The notes beneath the pieces are model-generated. The model had not been told where the DNA came from. It searched no databases and saw only the letters and a program-made list of their open reading frames with translations. Shown piece by piece: positions 18,546 to 29,318 of a stretch of DNA of 64,000 nt. Each line of letters begins with the position of its first letter. Positions within the stretch are counted from its first letter, which is position 1. Source of the stretch: Bdellovibrionales bacterium (lineage in GTDB: Bacteria; Pseudomonadota; Alphaproteobacteria; UBA9219); NCBI GenBank assembly GCA_040275305.1, contig JBEOJY010000001.1:78858-142857 (forward strand). The letters are read 5' to 3'. A program made the translations under genes and the position numbers.

Positions 18546-19232
18546 ATGTCTCAATCTTTTAGCCAACGCGCGCCGTTCAACGATTGGTGGTACTGGTCGG
18601 AGTGTCTTGTCAAACGGCTCCGGACGATGGCGGATCTTTACCGGGAGAACGACGAAGTCGAGCGAGCGGAGCAGGCCAATGGCTGGGTAAAAAAGCTTAA
18701 AGACAATGTGATGCCTCCAATCACGCTGGCGCGTAAGGGCGCCAAAACAGACGAGCAGAAAAAAGAACTTAAGGCGCTTGAGGAAGAAGCGATTTTCAAC
18801 GCGGCGCAAATGTTCCGCGAGCTCCTGACGAATCTTCCCTTTATGTCGAGCGCGATTCAAAGTTTCCTTGGCGTCAACTGGCAGGACTGCAATTGGGACG
18901 ATCCCAATGCGCAGGAAGAAATTGACGAAGATACTGGCTTGCCGATCAAAAAGAAGAAAAAGAAGGGCGGCGATACGCGCGTGACCGAGTTGTTCTGGGG
19001 GCCTAAGGCGCGGCAGGACGAAGGCATTCGCAGCGGCAATGTGGGGGATGGCGGGTTGCCCGGCATTCTGTACAATCTCCTGTTGGCCGAGAAAACCACA
19101 TCGAACCGCGCGCCGACGGAGTATGGTCAGGCGATGCTGGCGTCTGCCGTGCAGCAAAATCTTGCGACATCCATGCAGCAGGCCGAGAAACTAGGACACA
19201 GCATGAATTTCCGGCCCGGCGGGTCGATCTAA
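18546..19232 (+). CDS. Hypothetical protein with internal KKKKKKGG run
   Basis: Protein-like composition. The opposite-strand ORF 18306-19157 is Arg/Leu-rich, typical of antisense. Confidence 0.5.
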   Translation: MSQSFSQRAPFNDWWYWSECLVKRLRTMADLYRENDEVERAEQANGWVKKLKDNVMPPITLARKGAKTDEQKKELKALEEEAIFNAAQMFRELLTNLPFMSSAIQSFLGVNWQDCNWDDPNAQEEIDEDTGLPIKKKKKKGGDTRVTELFWGPKARQDEGIRSGNVGDGGLPGILYNLLLAEKTTSNRAPTEYGQAMLASAVQQNLATSMQQAEKLGHSMNFRPGGSI

Positions 19233-19247
19233 CCAGAGGCGGGACGC

Positions 19248-20075
19248 TTGATGGATGATGACGACCACTACGAAAATTCTGATGGCATCGAGATTCACGG
19301 CGCGGAAGATTTCGTGGCGATGCGTCGCGCTGGGCGGTTGGCCGCCGAGTTGCTCGACGTCGTGATTCCGCTCGTTATTCCGGGCGCGAGGACGGGGGAT
19401 ATCGACGATTTTTGCGATCAATGGACGCGCGACCATGGCGCGACTTCGGCGCCGCTTGGCTATCGCGGATTTCCTCGTGCGACGTGCATTTCTCCTAACC
19501 ATGTGGTCTGTCATGGCATTCCTGGCGACAAGTGGATCGAGGAAGGCGATATCGTCAACATTGATGTGACGGTGTTGCTTGATGGATGGCACGGGGATTC
19601 CAGTCGCATGTTTTTGGTCGGCGACAAGGTTGGGGTGAAGGCTCGCAGACTGGTCGACGTAACCTATGAATGCCTGATGATTGGCATTGAGGCGGTTAAG
19701 CCCGGCGCGACCTTTGGGGATATCGGCCACGCCATCCAGACTCATGCCGAAGCCGCCGGGTTTTCGGTGGTGCGCGATTTTTGCGGCCATGGCGTGGGGC
19801 GCGTGTTCCATACGCAGCCTTCGGTCCTGCATTACGGCAAGCCGGGTCAGGGAGCTGAGATCAAACCGGGGATGATTTTTACCATCGAGCCGATGATCAA
19901 TGCAGGCAAATACGAGATCAAAGTCCTTAATGACGGGTGGACGGCGGTTACGAAAGACAAATCGCTTTCGGCACAGTTCGAGCACACCATTGGCGTCACG
20001 GAAACAGGCGCAGAGATTTTTACCTTGTCGCCGCGTGGCTTGCATAACCCTCCTTATCTCATCCCCCCTGCTTGA
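19248..20075 (+). CDS. map: Methionine aminopeptidase, type I
   Basis: CHGIP, DIVNIDV, GHGVGR, FTIEPM metal-ligand motifs. Confidence 0.93.
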   Translation: MMDDDDHYENSDGIEIHGAEDFVAMRRAGRLAAELLDVVIPLVIPGARTGDIDDFCDQWTRDHGATSAPLGYRGFPRATCISPNHVVCHGIPGDKWIEEGDIVNIDVTVLLDGWHGDSSRMFLVGDKVGVKARRLVDVTYECLMIGIEAVKPGATFGDIGHAIQTHAEAAGFSVVRDFCGHGVGRVFHTQPSVLHYGKPGQGAEIKPGMIFTIEPMINAGKYEIKVLNDGWTAVTKDKSLSAQFEHTIGVTETGAEIFTLSPRGLHNPPYLIPPA

Positions 20076-20710
20076 TGGTCGGAAGCGTATCCCATTCTGC
20101 GGTGTTTGAGGCCGATAACCTCTCTTGCCGTCGTAGTGGACGCTGCGTGTTTCGCGGGGTGTCGTTTGTGTTGGAAGCTGGGGGGGCGCTTGTCGTCATG
20201 GGGGCTAACGGCAGCGGAAAATCAACCTTGCTGCGTGTGTTGGCTGGATTGTTGCCGCATGTGGGCGGCTCGTTGCGTTGGCAAGGAGAGATTCTGAATC
20301 CTTTTGGCGAAGGGTGGCGTGAGCGCGTACGCTATGTCGGGCACTTGGACGCTTGCAAACCGGAATGGACGGTGGGCGAGACTCTGGCCTACTGGGGTGA
20401 CCTTTATCGCGCGACACTGCGAGACGATCCTTTTTGTTTGCTGCCGGACGTGGGAACCGGTCGGCTTGTGCGCTTTTTGTCGGCAGGGCAGCGGCGGAAG
20501 CTGGCTTTGACGCGGCTGTGTTTGTCCGGGGGAACTCAGGAATCCCGCGTTTGGCTGCTGGACGAGCCGATGACGGCGCTTGATCAAGTTGGACAGGACG
20601 CGCTTGTTAACCTTATCGAGAGCCATCGCAAAGCAGCGGGGCTTGTGGTTATCGCTTCGCATCAAGGGGTGCCTTTGAGCCGACAAGTCGTTCTGAGTTT
20701 GTCCGTTTGA
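20072..20710 (+). CDS. ccmA: ABC ATPase, heme exporter CcmA-like
   Basis: GANGSGKSTLL Walker A. LSAGQRRK signature. LLDEP Walker B. ~210 aa. ATGA overlap with map. Confidence 0.65.
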   Translation: MMVGSVSHSAVFEADNLSCRRSGRCVFRGVSFVLEAGGALVVMGANGSGKSTLLRVLAGLLPHVGGSLRWQGEILNPFGEGWRERVRYVGHLDACKPEWTVGETLAYWGDLYRATLRDDPFCLLPDVGTGRLVRFLSAGQRRKLALTRLCLSGGTQESRVWLLDEPMTALDQVGQDALVNLIESHRKAAGLVVIASHQGVPLSRQVVLSLSV

Positions 20711-20878
20711 GCCAGAATTATTTTGCAGTTGCACGCGCCTTCGCAAGAGCGAGACAGGAAACTATAAGTTCTCGATTGCTCGATTGACCTGCCGGAAAGC
20801 GGGCATTACTTTGTTTTCTTGCGCGCTTGAGGGGGTTGGCGAGCTTATAACAAACGGCAATTTTGAAAGGGATGGCGT

Positions 20879-23800
20879 ATGTCGAAGCGGGTAGGCAAGT
20901 CACAGACGGCGCGTTCGGGCAATAGTTCTCCCTCCGGCAAGCCCACACGAAAAACCCAAGGCGGTTTGAACAACGGTTCATCCCCCTCGTCCGCTGTTTC
21001 TTCCAGTTCGCCTTATCCGGCCGCTCCGGAAATTTTTGAGAAGATATTTTACGCCGATATTCCTCAGGCAGATTTGTCGGCTTTTCAGGCGCATGACCGC
21101 GCGCGCATTGTGGCATCGATCTGGCATCTTGCGCGGGAGCGCGCGAGGGGTGAACTGAAGCTGCGGCTTTACAATCCGTCGCCTGCGCGGGATGGCTGGA
21201 CGGTCGATCACACTGTTTTGGAAATCATCAACGACGATATGCCGTTTCTCGTCGAGTCGGTGACTGGCGCGTTGCAACGGCGCGGCTTGACGGTGCACCT
21301 TGTTATCCACCCGCTCGTGCGTTTGCGGCGTTCGCAGCAAGGCGCTTTTCAAGAATTGCTTGGCGGCGTGAGCATTGTCAATATCGCGGCGCTTGCCTCT
21401 CCGTCGCTTGCGCGCGTGGACGTGTCGTCCCCCCCGGATGTGACGGCGATCGGGAGGGCAATCACAGAGTCTTTCATTCATATTCAATTTGATCACTGCC
21501 TTGATGATATGACCTTGCGCGAGATCGAAGCCGATGTACGCAGCGTGTTGGCCGATGCGCGGGCTTGCGTCGAAGATTGGCCTGCGATGCGACAGCGCAT
21601 GGAAGAGACCATTGCCAACGCGCAAGCCTCGAAACTTCAGTGCGGCGATATCGCCGAGAACACGGAAGAAGTGAAGGCGTTTTTACGCTGGATCGACGAT
21701 AATAATTTTGTTTACCTTGGTTATCGCGAAGTCGATTTCGAGTGCTCGGACGATAACAAGCTGCGTTCGATCAAGGTGCGCAAGAATTCAGGGCTTGGCA
21801 TTCTGCGCGATCCCGACGTGCGCATGTTCGGCGGCATGCGTGACATCGTCGCGAGCAAGAGTCCGGAGTTGCAGCTGTATGTGCGCCAGTACCGTATTTT
21901 AAGCGTCGCTAAAACGTGCGCGATTTCTCGCGTGCATCGCATGGTTCCGATGGACGCCCTGTTTATTCGCGCCTTCAACAGCGAAGGGCGGCTGATGTCC
22001 GAGCGGCTGTTCGTTGGGTTGTTCACGTCGCAATCCTATGCGCAGAGTCCGCGCGAGGTGCCGTTCCTGCGCCGCAAGATTGAGAATGTTATCGCTAAAG
22101 CAGGTTTCTTGCCGACCAGCCATAATGGGCGCGCGTTGGTGCACATTCTTAGCAACTATCCCCATGACGAGCTCTTTCAAATCGCTGAGGACGAGCTTCT
22201 CAACAACGCGCTTGGCATTCTACAGTTGCAGGAGCGCGCGCGCGTCGCGTTGTTTGTTCGTCGCGATCCGTTCAAGCGGTTCGCGACGTGCCTGATCTAT
22301 GTGCCGCGCGACCGCTATGATTCCTCGTTGCGCTACAAATTCCACCATTTGCTGGAAGCGACGTTTGGCGGCACGACAGAGAATTGGCAGGTTCGTATTG
22401 ATGACAATCCGCTTGCGCGCGCGTTCATCACGATTCGGTTGCGTTCGGAAACCTATAAAGATCCAGATTTTAAGAAACTGGAATCGGATTTGCGCGATCT
22501 TTGCCGCGCGTGGCATGATCGTTTGCGCGATTGCTTGGCCGCGCGATATGGCGAGGCGGCAGGGTTGGCGCTGCTTGGACGATATCGTCGCGCGTTTTTG
22601 CCTTCCTATCGCGAGGCGGTCGATCCGGCGCGCGCGGTGAATGATATTCAGGTCATTGAGCGCAGCAAGGCGACGCTTGGCGAACGTCTGGCGGTCGAGT
22701 TTGAGTTGCCGGGGGCCGATGGGCTTTATCATCTTAAGCTGTTTCAGGCCAATCGTCCGATCGTGTTGTCGCAGGCTTTGCCGTTGATCGAGAATGCGGG
22801 GCTGAAGGTCGAATATATGGGGGGGCCTTACGAGGTGCTTCCGCGCGACGCGCTGAAGGCGGTTTACGTCCATGATTTTGCCGCGCGTCCGGCTTTGTCA
22901 CCGATTGTCGAACCGCACCGGATCAAGACGGTTTTTGAAGAGGCGTTCGCCAGAATCTGGACGGGCGAGGTCGAGAACGACGCTTTCAACGGGTTGTCGA
23001 TCCGCGCTGGGATGTCGTGGAGGGAGATCATCGTGCTGCGTTGTTTTGCGCGATATCTTCGCCAGCTGAGGATCCCATACAGCCACGATATGATGGCGGC
23101 GACATTTCTCACGCATCCTGAACTGGCGCAGCGTCTTTACGCGCTGTTTTTCGCGCGGCACAATCCCGATCTTCAGGGCAACCGCCAAGCGGTGATGCGC
23201 GAGATCGAAAAGCCGATCGAGGAAGCGTTGGCCAAGGTGGATGCGCTGGAGGAAGACAGGATTATCCGCCGCTATCTCAATCTTGCGCACGCCTCGTTGC
23301 GCACAAATTATTTCCAATCGGACGCAGATGGCGCCTGCAAACCGAGTCTCGCGATTAAGTTCGACAGTCGCGCGGTCGATTTCATGCCGTTGCCGCGCCC
23401 GCTTTACGAGATTTTCATTTACAGTCCGCGCGTTGAGGCGGTGCATTTGCGTGGCGGTAAGGTCGCGCGCGGCGGCATTCGCTGGTCGGACAGGCGAGAT
23501 GATTTCCGCAATGAGATTCTGGGGCTGATGAAGGCCCAGATGGTCAAGAACACAGTGATCGTTCCGGTCGGTTCGAAGGGCGGGTTCATCGTCAAGCATC
23601 CTTCTTCGGAGCCGGAGAAGCATCAGGCCGAGGGCGTCGCGTGCTACCAGACGATGATGCGCGGGATGCTTGATATCACAGACAATCGCGTCGGCAGCAA
23701 GATCGTGCCGCCGGAGCGTGTGGTGCGGCATGATGGGGACGATCCCTATCTTGTGGTGGCGGCGGACAAGGGAACGGCTTCGTTCTCCGATATTGCCAAT

Positions 23801-25870
23801 GCGATTTCGCAGGAGCGCGGGTTCTGGCTCGACGATGCGTTCGCGTCGGGCGGTTCGGCGGGGTACGATCACAAAGGCATGGGCATCACCGCGCGAGGCG
23901 CGTGGGAAGCCGTCAAGCGCCATTTCCGAGAGATGGGCAAGGACATTCAGACGACGGAGTTCACCTGCGTCGGCGTCGGCGACATGTCGGGCGATGTGTT
24001 TGGCAACGGCATGTTGTTGTCGGAGCATACCTTGCTTCTGGGCGCGTTCGATCACCGCCATATTTTCTGCGATCCGATGCCGGATGCGGCTGTCAGTTAC
24101 GCGGAGCGCAAGCGCTTGTTCGATAAGCCGCGCAGCTCGTGGGCTGATTACGACAGGGCGAAGATTTCGAAGGGCGGCGGCGTTTTCGCGCGTTCGGAGA
24201 AGTCGATCAAGATTTTGCCTGAGATGAAAAAAGCGTTCGGGATATCCGCAGACAGTCTGCCCCCGGCGGAGTTGATTCAGGCGATGCTCAAGGCTGAGGT
24301 GGAGCTGGTTTATTTCGGCGGCATCGGGACCTATGTGAAGGCTTCGACCGAGACGCACGAGGATGTGGGGGACCGCGCGGCGGAGGCCTTGCGGATCGAC
24401 GCGAAAGATATTCGCGCGAAGGTCGTCGGCGAAGGGGCTAACCTTGGCATGACGCAGCGCGGGCGCATCGAATATGCGTTGCGCGGCGGCAGGCTTAACA
24501 CGGACGCTATCGACAATTCTGCGGGCGTCGATACGTCCGACCACGAGGTCAACATCAAGATTCTTCTGCGTCGCGTGGTGGATCGCAAGGGGCTGTCGAT
24601 CAAGGACCGCAACAAGCTGCTCGGCAGCATGACGGACGAGGTCGGCGAGCTTGTTCTGCGCGACAACATCCGGCAGACGCAGGCGATTTCGATCGCGGAA
24701 TCGCAGGCGGCTGAGCTGTTGCCTTCGCATGTGCGCACGATCCACGCGCTGGAAACGACAGGGTTGTTGAACTGCGTGGTTGAATACCTGCCCGATGGCC
24801 ATGCTTTGGCAGAACGCCAGCGCACAGGCAAGGGGTTGACGCGCCCGGAACTGGCCGTGTTGCTGGCTTATGCGAAGATTTGGCTGTACGAGGAAATTCT
24901 CGCTTCCTCTTTGCCGGACGACGCTTATTTGGAGCGCGAGCTTGAGTTGTATTTTCCGGCGGCGCTGCGTAAGAAGCACGCCGACGATATCGAGCACCAT
25001 CAGCTCGCGCGTGAGATCGTGGCGACGGCGGTGACCAACAGCGTCGTCAATCGTGGCGGTTGTCACTTCGTCTTCGCGATGATGGATCGTACGGGTCAGG
25101 ATGCCGTGGCGGTGGCTCGCGCTTATTTGTTGTCGCGCGAGTCTTTCCGTTTACGCGATGTGTGGCAAGAGATTGACGCGCTCGATAACAAGGTTTCTGT
25201 GGCCGCGCAGATGCGCATGCATCGCATGGTGCAGCAGACCTTGCGCAATGTCACGCAGCGCTTTTTGAACTTACCGGATATTCCCACCAAGCTTGCGCCT
25301 GCGATGCAGGCCTATAGCCGCGATGTCGAAGCGTTGGCGAAGTGGCTGTCGAAGTGCGGAGGCGGTCCGGCCTGCCATTACAAGGACGTAGAATCCGAGT
25401 TAATCGCTCAAATGGTACCGCCTGTTTTAGCGCGGCGCATCGCGATGTTGCCCGCGCTGGAGACGGCGCTCGATCTTTGCCGTCTGGCCGAGGCGGCCAA
25501 GGTTTCGTTGGAAGGCGCGGCGGAAGCGCATTTTGCGCTTGGCGAGCGGTTGGGCTTCGACTGGTTGTCTGGCAGGGCGCATGCCGCTTCGGCGGTCGCG
25601 CAGACTTCCTGGCACCGCGAGGCGATGGCGGTTTTGCTCGATGATCTCGCCGATATTCGCAGGCGGCTGGTGTCGCAGGCGCTTGGCGTGGCGGGAGGCA
25701 AGGGCAAGAAAGTTTCCGCTTCTCCGGCGCAAAGGCTGGAGGCATGGGCAGAGGCGCATGCGGACGATCTTGTGCGCTATGACACGATGCTGCATGAATG
25801 GCGCAATGCGGGCGTCGTCGATATGGCGATGTTGACGTTGGCGGTCAGGAAGTTGGGCGAGCTGGGGTAA
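20879..25870 (+). CDS. gdhB: NAD-specific glutamate dehydrogenase, large (~180 kDa) form
   Basis: 1663 aa. GYDHKGMGITARGAWE and ANLGMTQRGRIE motifs, typical of bacterial large NAD-GDH. Confidence 0.93.
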   Translation: MSKRVGKSQTARSGNSSPSGKPTRKTQGGLNNGSSPSSAVSSSSPYPAAPEIFEKIFYADIPQADLSAFQAHDRARIVASIWHLARERARGELKLRLYNPSPARDGWTVDHTVLEIINDDMPFLVESVTGALQRRGLTVHLVIHPLVRLRRSQQGAFQELLGGVSIVNIAALASPSLARVDVSSPPDVTAIGRAITESFIHIQFDHCLDDMTLREIEADVRSVLADARACVEDWPAMRQRMEETIANAQASKLQCGDIAENTEEVKAFLRWIDDNNFVYLGYREVDFECSDDNKLRSIKVRKNSGLGILRDPDVRMFGGMRDIVASKSPELQLYVRQYRILSVAKTCAISRVHRMVPMDALFIRAFNSEGRLMSERLFVGLFTSQSYAQSPREVPFLRRKIENVIAKAGFLPTSHNGRALVHILSNYPHDELFQIAEDELLNNALGILQLQERARVALFVRRDPFKRFATCLIYVPRDRYDSSLRYKFHHLLEATFGGTTENWQVRIDDNPLARAFITIRLRSETYKDPDFKKLESDLRDLCRAWHDRLRDCLAARYGEAAGLALLGRYRRAFLPSYREAVDPARAVNDIQVIERSKATLGERLAVEFELPGADGLYHLKLFQANRPIVLSQALPLIENAGLKVEYMGGPYEVLPRDALKAVYVHDFAARPALSPIVEPHRIKTVFEEAFARIWTGEVENDAFNGLSIRAGMSWREIIVLRCFARYLRQLRIPYSHDMMAATFLTHPELAQRLYALFFARHNPDLQGNRQAVMREIEKPIEEALAKVDALEEDRIIRRYLNLAHASLRTNYFQSDADGACKPSLAIKFDSRAVDFMPLPRPLYEIFIYSPRVEAVHLRGGKVARGGIRWSDRRDDFRNEILGLMKAQMVKNTVIVPVGSKGGFIVKHPSSEPEKHQAEGVACYQTMMRGMLDITDNRVGSKIVPPERVVRHDGDDPYLVVAADKGTASFSDIANAISQERGFWLDDAFASGGSAGYDHKGMGITARGAWEAVKRHFREMGKDIQTTEFTCVGVGDMSGDVFGNGMLLSEHTLLLGAFDHRHIFCDPMPDAAVSYAERKRLFDKPRSSWADYDRAKISKGGGVFARSEKSIKILPEMKKAFGISADSLPPAELIQAMLKAEVELVYFGGIGTYVKASTETHEDVGDRAAEALRIDAKDIRAKVVGEGANLGMTQRGRIEYALRGGRLNTDAIDNSAGVDTSDHEVNIKILLRRVVDRKGLSIKDRNKLLGSMTDEVGELVLRDNIRQTQAISIAESQAAELLPSHVRTIHALETTGLLNCVVEYLPDGHALAERQRTGKGLTRPELAVLLAYAKIWLYEEILASSLPDDAYLERELELYFPAALRKKHADDIEHHQLAREIVATAVTNSVVNRGGCHFVFAMMDRTGQDAVAVARAYLLSRESFRLRDVWQEIDALDNKVSVAAQMRMHRMVQQTLRNVTQRFLNLPDIPTKLAPAMQAYSRDVEALAKWLSKCGGGPACHYKDVESELIAQMVPPVLARRIAMLPALETALDLCRLAEAAKVSLEGAAEAHFALGERLGFDWLSGRAHAASAVAQTSWHREAMAVLLDDLADIRRRLVSQALGVAGGKGKKVSASPAQRLEAWAEAHADDLVRYDTMLHEWRNAGVVDMAMLTLAVRKLGELG

Positions 25871-26408
25871 TTTGGTTGTCGTTATCGCTTTACTTGTGTT
25901 ACGGCCAAGGTTGCCTTGAGTGTTTTATGCAACCATAGTCCTTTTTGCATGTTGCCTAAATAATTTGGTATGACCAAAATATCGTTGGTTTTCATTCTTT
26001 GCATTTGTGGAGATTGTCTGTGAAATATTGTATGCTAATACCCGATTTTGCGCTTGTGCGGGAGGCTGTTCAGGCGGGGCGGGAAATTGCAGACTACTCT
26101 TCGCCTAGCCGAGACGCTGCCATTAATTATCAGATACTATGGCGGGATATCATGCTTCGGATGGCCGTTTTGCCGAGGCCGCATTGCAGGTCGTAACCTA
26201 CGCTGCGGCGGGCGGGAAGATGGAAGACATGCACAGGACTATTATCGTGCGCGCGTCGGAAGTTAGTCGCGTGGGCAAGCTTTTGATGAAATGGTCGGTG
26301 AGACAGCCGTGGTTTTGCCGGATGCTCATGGACAGTCCGCAAGAATGTGCGCCCGCTTAGAGCTTGGTTCTCTGGCTTTCGCGTGCGGGTTGAGATAGCT
26401 TTGCCTTT

Positions 26409-27152
26409 ATGTCTAAGGATTTGTTCGCTCAAAGATCAGTGACGGGCGCAGTGGACGCGGAGGAACAAGATTCCTGTCGCAAGGCGCCGCATTATTATGG
26501 CCATCGCGAACGCTTGCGTGGGCGGTTATTCGAGCGCGGGGCGGATTCTCTTCAGGATTATGAGCTTCTGGAACTTTTGCTGTTCGCCGCGATTCCTCGC
26601 CGCGATGTGAAGCCTTTGGCCAAGACGCTGTTGGAGACTTTTGGGGATTTGTGGAGTCTTTTGAACGCTGGTCCGGACAAGCTTTTGGCGGCAGGGTTGT
26701 CCGAGGCGGCGGCGGCGAACCTGCTTGCCACGGGGGCGGTGGCGTTGCGGGCGCATAAAGGGGCGGCCCTGAGGGGGACGGTGCTGAACAGTTGGCAGCG
26801 GGTGGTGGATTACTGCCGCGCCGCGTTGGCGCATGAGCCTAAGGAGCAGTTCCGTATTCTGTTCATCGACCGCAAAAATCACCTTTTGGCGGAGGATAAA
26901 CATCAAAGGGGCACGATCGACCATACGCCCGTTTATCCGCGCGAGATCGTGCAGAGGGCGTTGGAGGTCGGGGCGGGGGCTCTGGTGCTCGTCCATAACC
27001 ACCCCAGCGGGGATCCGCAACCTAGCCGGGAAGATATTGAGATGACGAACGCGTTGGTTAAGATTTGCATGCCTTTAGGGATTACCATCCATGATCACCT
27101 TGTGATTGGCCGTGAAGGGGTGGCCAGTTTCAAGGTTTTGGGACTTCTTTAG
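26409..27152 (+). CDS. radC: RadC-family JAB/MPN domain protein
   Basis: HNHPSGDPQPSREDIEMT JAMM motif. N-terminal HhH. Confidence 0.85.
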   Translation: MSKDLFAQRSVTGAVDAEEQDSCRKAPHYYGHRERLRGRLFERGADSLQDYELLELLLFAAIPRRDVKPLAKTLLETFGDLWSLLNAGPDKLLAAGLSEAAAANLLATGAVALRAHKGAALRGTVLNSWQRVVDYCRAALAHEPKEQFRILFIDRKNHLLAEDKHQRGTIDHTPVYPREIVQRALEVGAGALVLVHNHPSGDPQPSREDIEMTNALVKICMPLGITIHDHLVIGREGVASFKVLGLL

Positions 27153-27219
27153 GGAGTAGTTGCCTTTACCGCCAAAATCGTTAAAACTAGCGCCGCTTGC
27201 TTTGTTTGGGGGCCTTCCG

Positions 27220-27642
27220 ATGCGTTTGGGATTATTGCTTTCTTGTCTTGCTCTTGTGCTCGTTCTTGGGCTTGCCGCTTGTGGCGGTCGCAAGACGGTT
27301 GCGCAGTTTTGGCGGCCGATCAGCGAGCCGAATATCGAGATGGCGCTTGATCAGTCGCAACGCAAGCTGACCTATGACATCAGTCAATGTCGTTGCGGCG
27401 TTTACCCGACCAACGCATTCCATTCCGAGAATGTGCAGTTCCAGCGCGACAAGCAAAGGCTGGCCGAGACGGGCGTGACCTTTACCCCGAATAGCAGCGG
27501 CGAATGCAAGAACCAGCCGGGGTTGGTCTTGGTCGAATGCATGCGTCAGCGTGGCTGGGAGCCAACGAATTGTTCAGGTCGCATGCCGATGCCGAACGGA
27601 GGCTCCGCTTGCTCCGGTTTTGCGGTCGTCGAGTCGGATTAG
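27220..27642 (+). CDS. Lipoprotein, hypothetical
   Basis: MRLGLLLSCLALVLVLGLAACGG lipobox; Cys-rich mature part. Confidence 0.55.
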   Translation: MRLGLLLSCLALVLVLGLAACGGRKTVAQFWRPISEPNIEMALDQSQRKLTYDISQCRCGVYPTNAFHSENVQFQRDKQRLAETGVTFTPNSSGECKNQPGLVLVECMRQRGWEPTNCSGRMPMPNGGSACSGFAVVESD

Positions 27643-27646
27643 CGCA

Positions 27647-28471
27647 GTGACCAGTTCTGGCGCGTTGCGTGTGCTTCTTGTCGGTTGTGGCAAGATGGGT
27701 GGCGCGTTGTTGAAGGGGTTGCTTGATTCCTTACCATCGTCGAGCGCCGTCGTCGTTGATCCTATAGAGACCGATAGAGCAATCCCTTCTTCGGTCGTTT
27801 TTTGCGATTCATTTGATCACATTCCTTCTGCGTTCGCGCCAGATATCGTTGTGTTGGCGGTTAAGCCGCAAAGCATGGAGGAGGTTGTTCCTGCTTATGG
27901 CCGCGCTTATGGGCAATCGGCGGCGTTCCTTTCCATCGCGGCGGGGATGACGTTGGCGCGGCTGGAAGCGATGCTGGGCGGCCCGTCTTGCGCGGTCGTT
28001 CGCGCGATGCCTAATCTTCCAGCCAGCATTGGGCAGGGCATGACAGTCGCGGTGGCGAATGGCCATGCGACGCATATGCAGCGCGAGACGTGTTCGCGCG
28101 TTTTGCGCGGCGCGGGGAGGGTCGAGTGGGTTGAGGACGAGGGCTTGATGGACGCGGTGACGGCGTTGTCGGGCAGTGGTCCGGCTTATGTTTTCGCGCT
28201 TGTGGAGGCGATGGCGCAGGTTGGCGTGGCGCTGGGGTTGTCGGAAGATATGGCGCAGAGGCTGGCGCGGCAAACAGTGATCGGCAGCGGCGCTTTGCTG
28301 GCGCAGTCGTCGGAGAACGTTGCGGCGATGCGTCGCGCGGTGACGAGTAAGGGCGGCACGACCGAGGCTGCGCTTGTTCATTTGCTGGCGGCGGGGGCCG
28401 GGTTGCAGGAACTCATGCAACGCGCCATGGCGGCGGCAGCGGCGCGGGCGAAGGAGCTTGCCAAAGGATGA
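27647..28471 (+). CDS. proC: Pyrroline-5-carboxylate reductase (GTG start)
   Basis: LLVGCGKMGGALLKG NAD(P) motif, SGSGPAY, KGGTTEAAL. The ATG-extended ORF in the track overlaps the lipoprotein and is rejected. Confidence 0.85.
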   Translation: MTSSGALRVLLVGCGKMGGALLKGLLDSLPSSSAVVVDPIETDRAIPSSVVFCDSFDHIPSAFAPDIVVLAVKPQSMEEVVPAYGRAYGQSAAFLSIAAGMTLARLEAMLGGPSCAVVRAMPNLPASIGQGMTVAVANGHATHMQRETCSRVLRGAGRVEWVEDEGLMDAVTALSGSGPAYVFALVEAMAQVGVALGLSEDMAQRLARQTVIGSGALLAQSSENVAAMRRAVTSKGGTTEAALVHLLAAGAGLQELMQRAMAAAAARAKELAKG

Positions 28472-28556
28472 CTCTGGAACGTGGGCGTAATCGTCACTAA
28501 ACTCTAGTGTGGGCGCTCTTCCATGAGTTCACGAAGACAAACGTTGTGGAAAGGGG

Positions 28557-28664
28557 CGTCATTGCGAGGAGCCCTCTTTGGGCGACGAAGCAATCCAGAG
28601 CTCCAAGCGCTTGCCCCCTTAAGACTCTGGATCGCCACGTCGCCTGCGACTCCTCGCGAAGACG
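28557..28664. repeat. Interspersed palindromic repeat, family C
   Basis: gtcattgcgaggagccc...cgaagcaatccagag...ctctggatcgccacgtcgc...ctcctcgcgaagacg. Confidence 0.65.
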
Positions 28665-28733
28665 GCTCTTTTGCGACGTTTGTCTTTACGGACACCAAGA
28701 AGAGCGGGGGAATTACAAAGGTCGGAGCTTACC

Positions 28734-29318
28734 ATGCCTAGACTATCTAAATCTTCTTTGTCCGAATCTCGGCTTGTTGAAGTTGCGTTGCGCGTGATCG
28801 CGCGGCATGGCTGGTCGGCGGTTACGCTTGAGGAGGTTGCGCGGGAGGCGAAGGTTTCCGTGGATTTCGTCCAGCGTACTTTCTCCGACAAGGGCGATTT
28901 GCTGTGCGCGGTCGCGCGATATGTCGATGGCAAGAGCGCCGGGGACGATACGACGAACCCGTCGGCATCGGCGCATGATCGTTTGTTCGATGCCTTGATG
29001 GCGCGGTTCGATGCTCTGCAAGCGCACAGGGAGGCGTTTGTGTCGATGATTGAGGAGTCGCGACGCGATCCTCAGTTGTTGAGAACGACGGTTTGTTTGT
29101 TGCGGGGTTCGATGGGCGAGACGTTGCGGCGCGTTGGGCTTGATCGTCACGATGCCGCGCGGCAGGCGTTGATTACAGCGGCGCTGGAGGGCCTTTATCT
29201 TCTGGCATTGCGCGTGTGGTCGCGCGACGAGTCTGCGGACATGGCGAAGACGATGGCGGCGCTTGATCGTTATTTGAGTCGCGCGGAGAAGGTGGCGACG
29301 GCGCTGCGGATAGCCTGA
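28734..29318 (+). CDS. TetR-family transcriptional regulator
   Basis: N-terminal HTH VTLEEVAREAKVSVDFVQRTF. ~195 aa. Confidence 0.8.
   Translation: MPRLSKSSLSESRLVEVALRVIARHGWSAVTLEEVAREAKVSVDFVQRTFSDKGDLLCAVARYVDGKSAGDDTTNPSASAHDRLFDALMARFDALQAHREAFVSMIEESRRDPQLLRTTVCLLRGSMGETLRRVGLDRHDAARQALITAALEGLYLLALRVWSRDESADMAKTMAALDRYLSRAEKVATALRIA

Noticed and set aside
18306-19157. 283-aa minus-strand ORF overlapping the 18546-19232 plus-strand ORF
   Set aside because: Arg/Leu-rich antisense-type composition. The plus-strand product has balanced protein-like composition, so the plus strand is preferred, though neither has a recognised family.
22898-25066. 722-aa ORF on the minus strand inside the gdh gene
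   Set aside because: Antisense to a strongly supported 1663-aa NAD-GDH. Arg/Leu/His-rich composition typical of the reverse frame of high-GC genes. No motifs.
25999-26360. Two 65-73-aa ORFs in the 540-bp gap after gdh
   Set aside because: No RBS, no conservation signal, overlapping alternative frames. Region more likely regulatory/intergenic.
27551-27646. ATG-initiated 5' extension of proC overlapping the lipoprotein gene
   Set aside because: The GTG at 27647 lies just after the lipoprotein stop and places the GxGxxG loop at the usual N-terminal distance. The extension has no homology.
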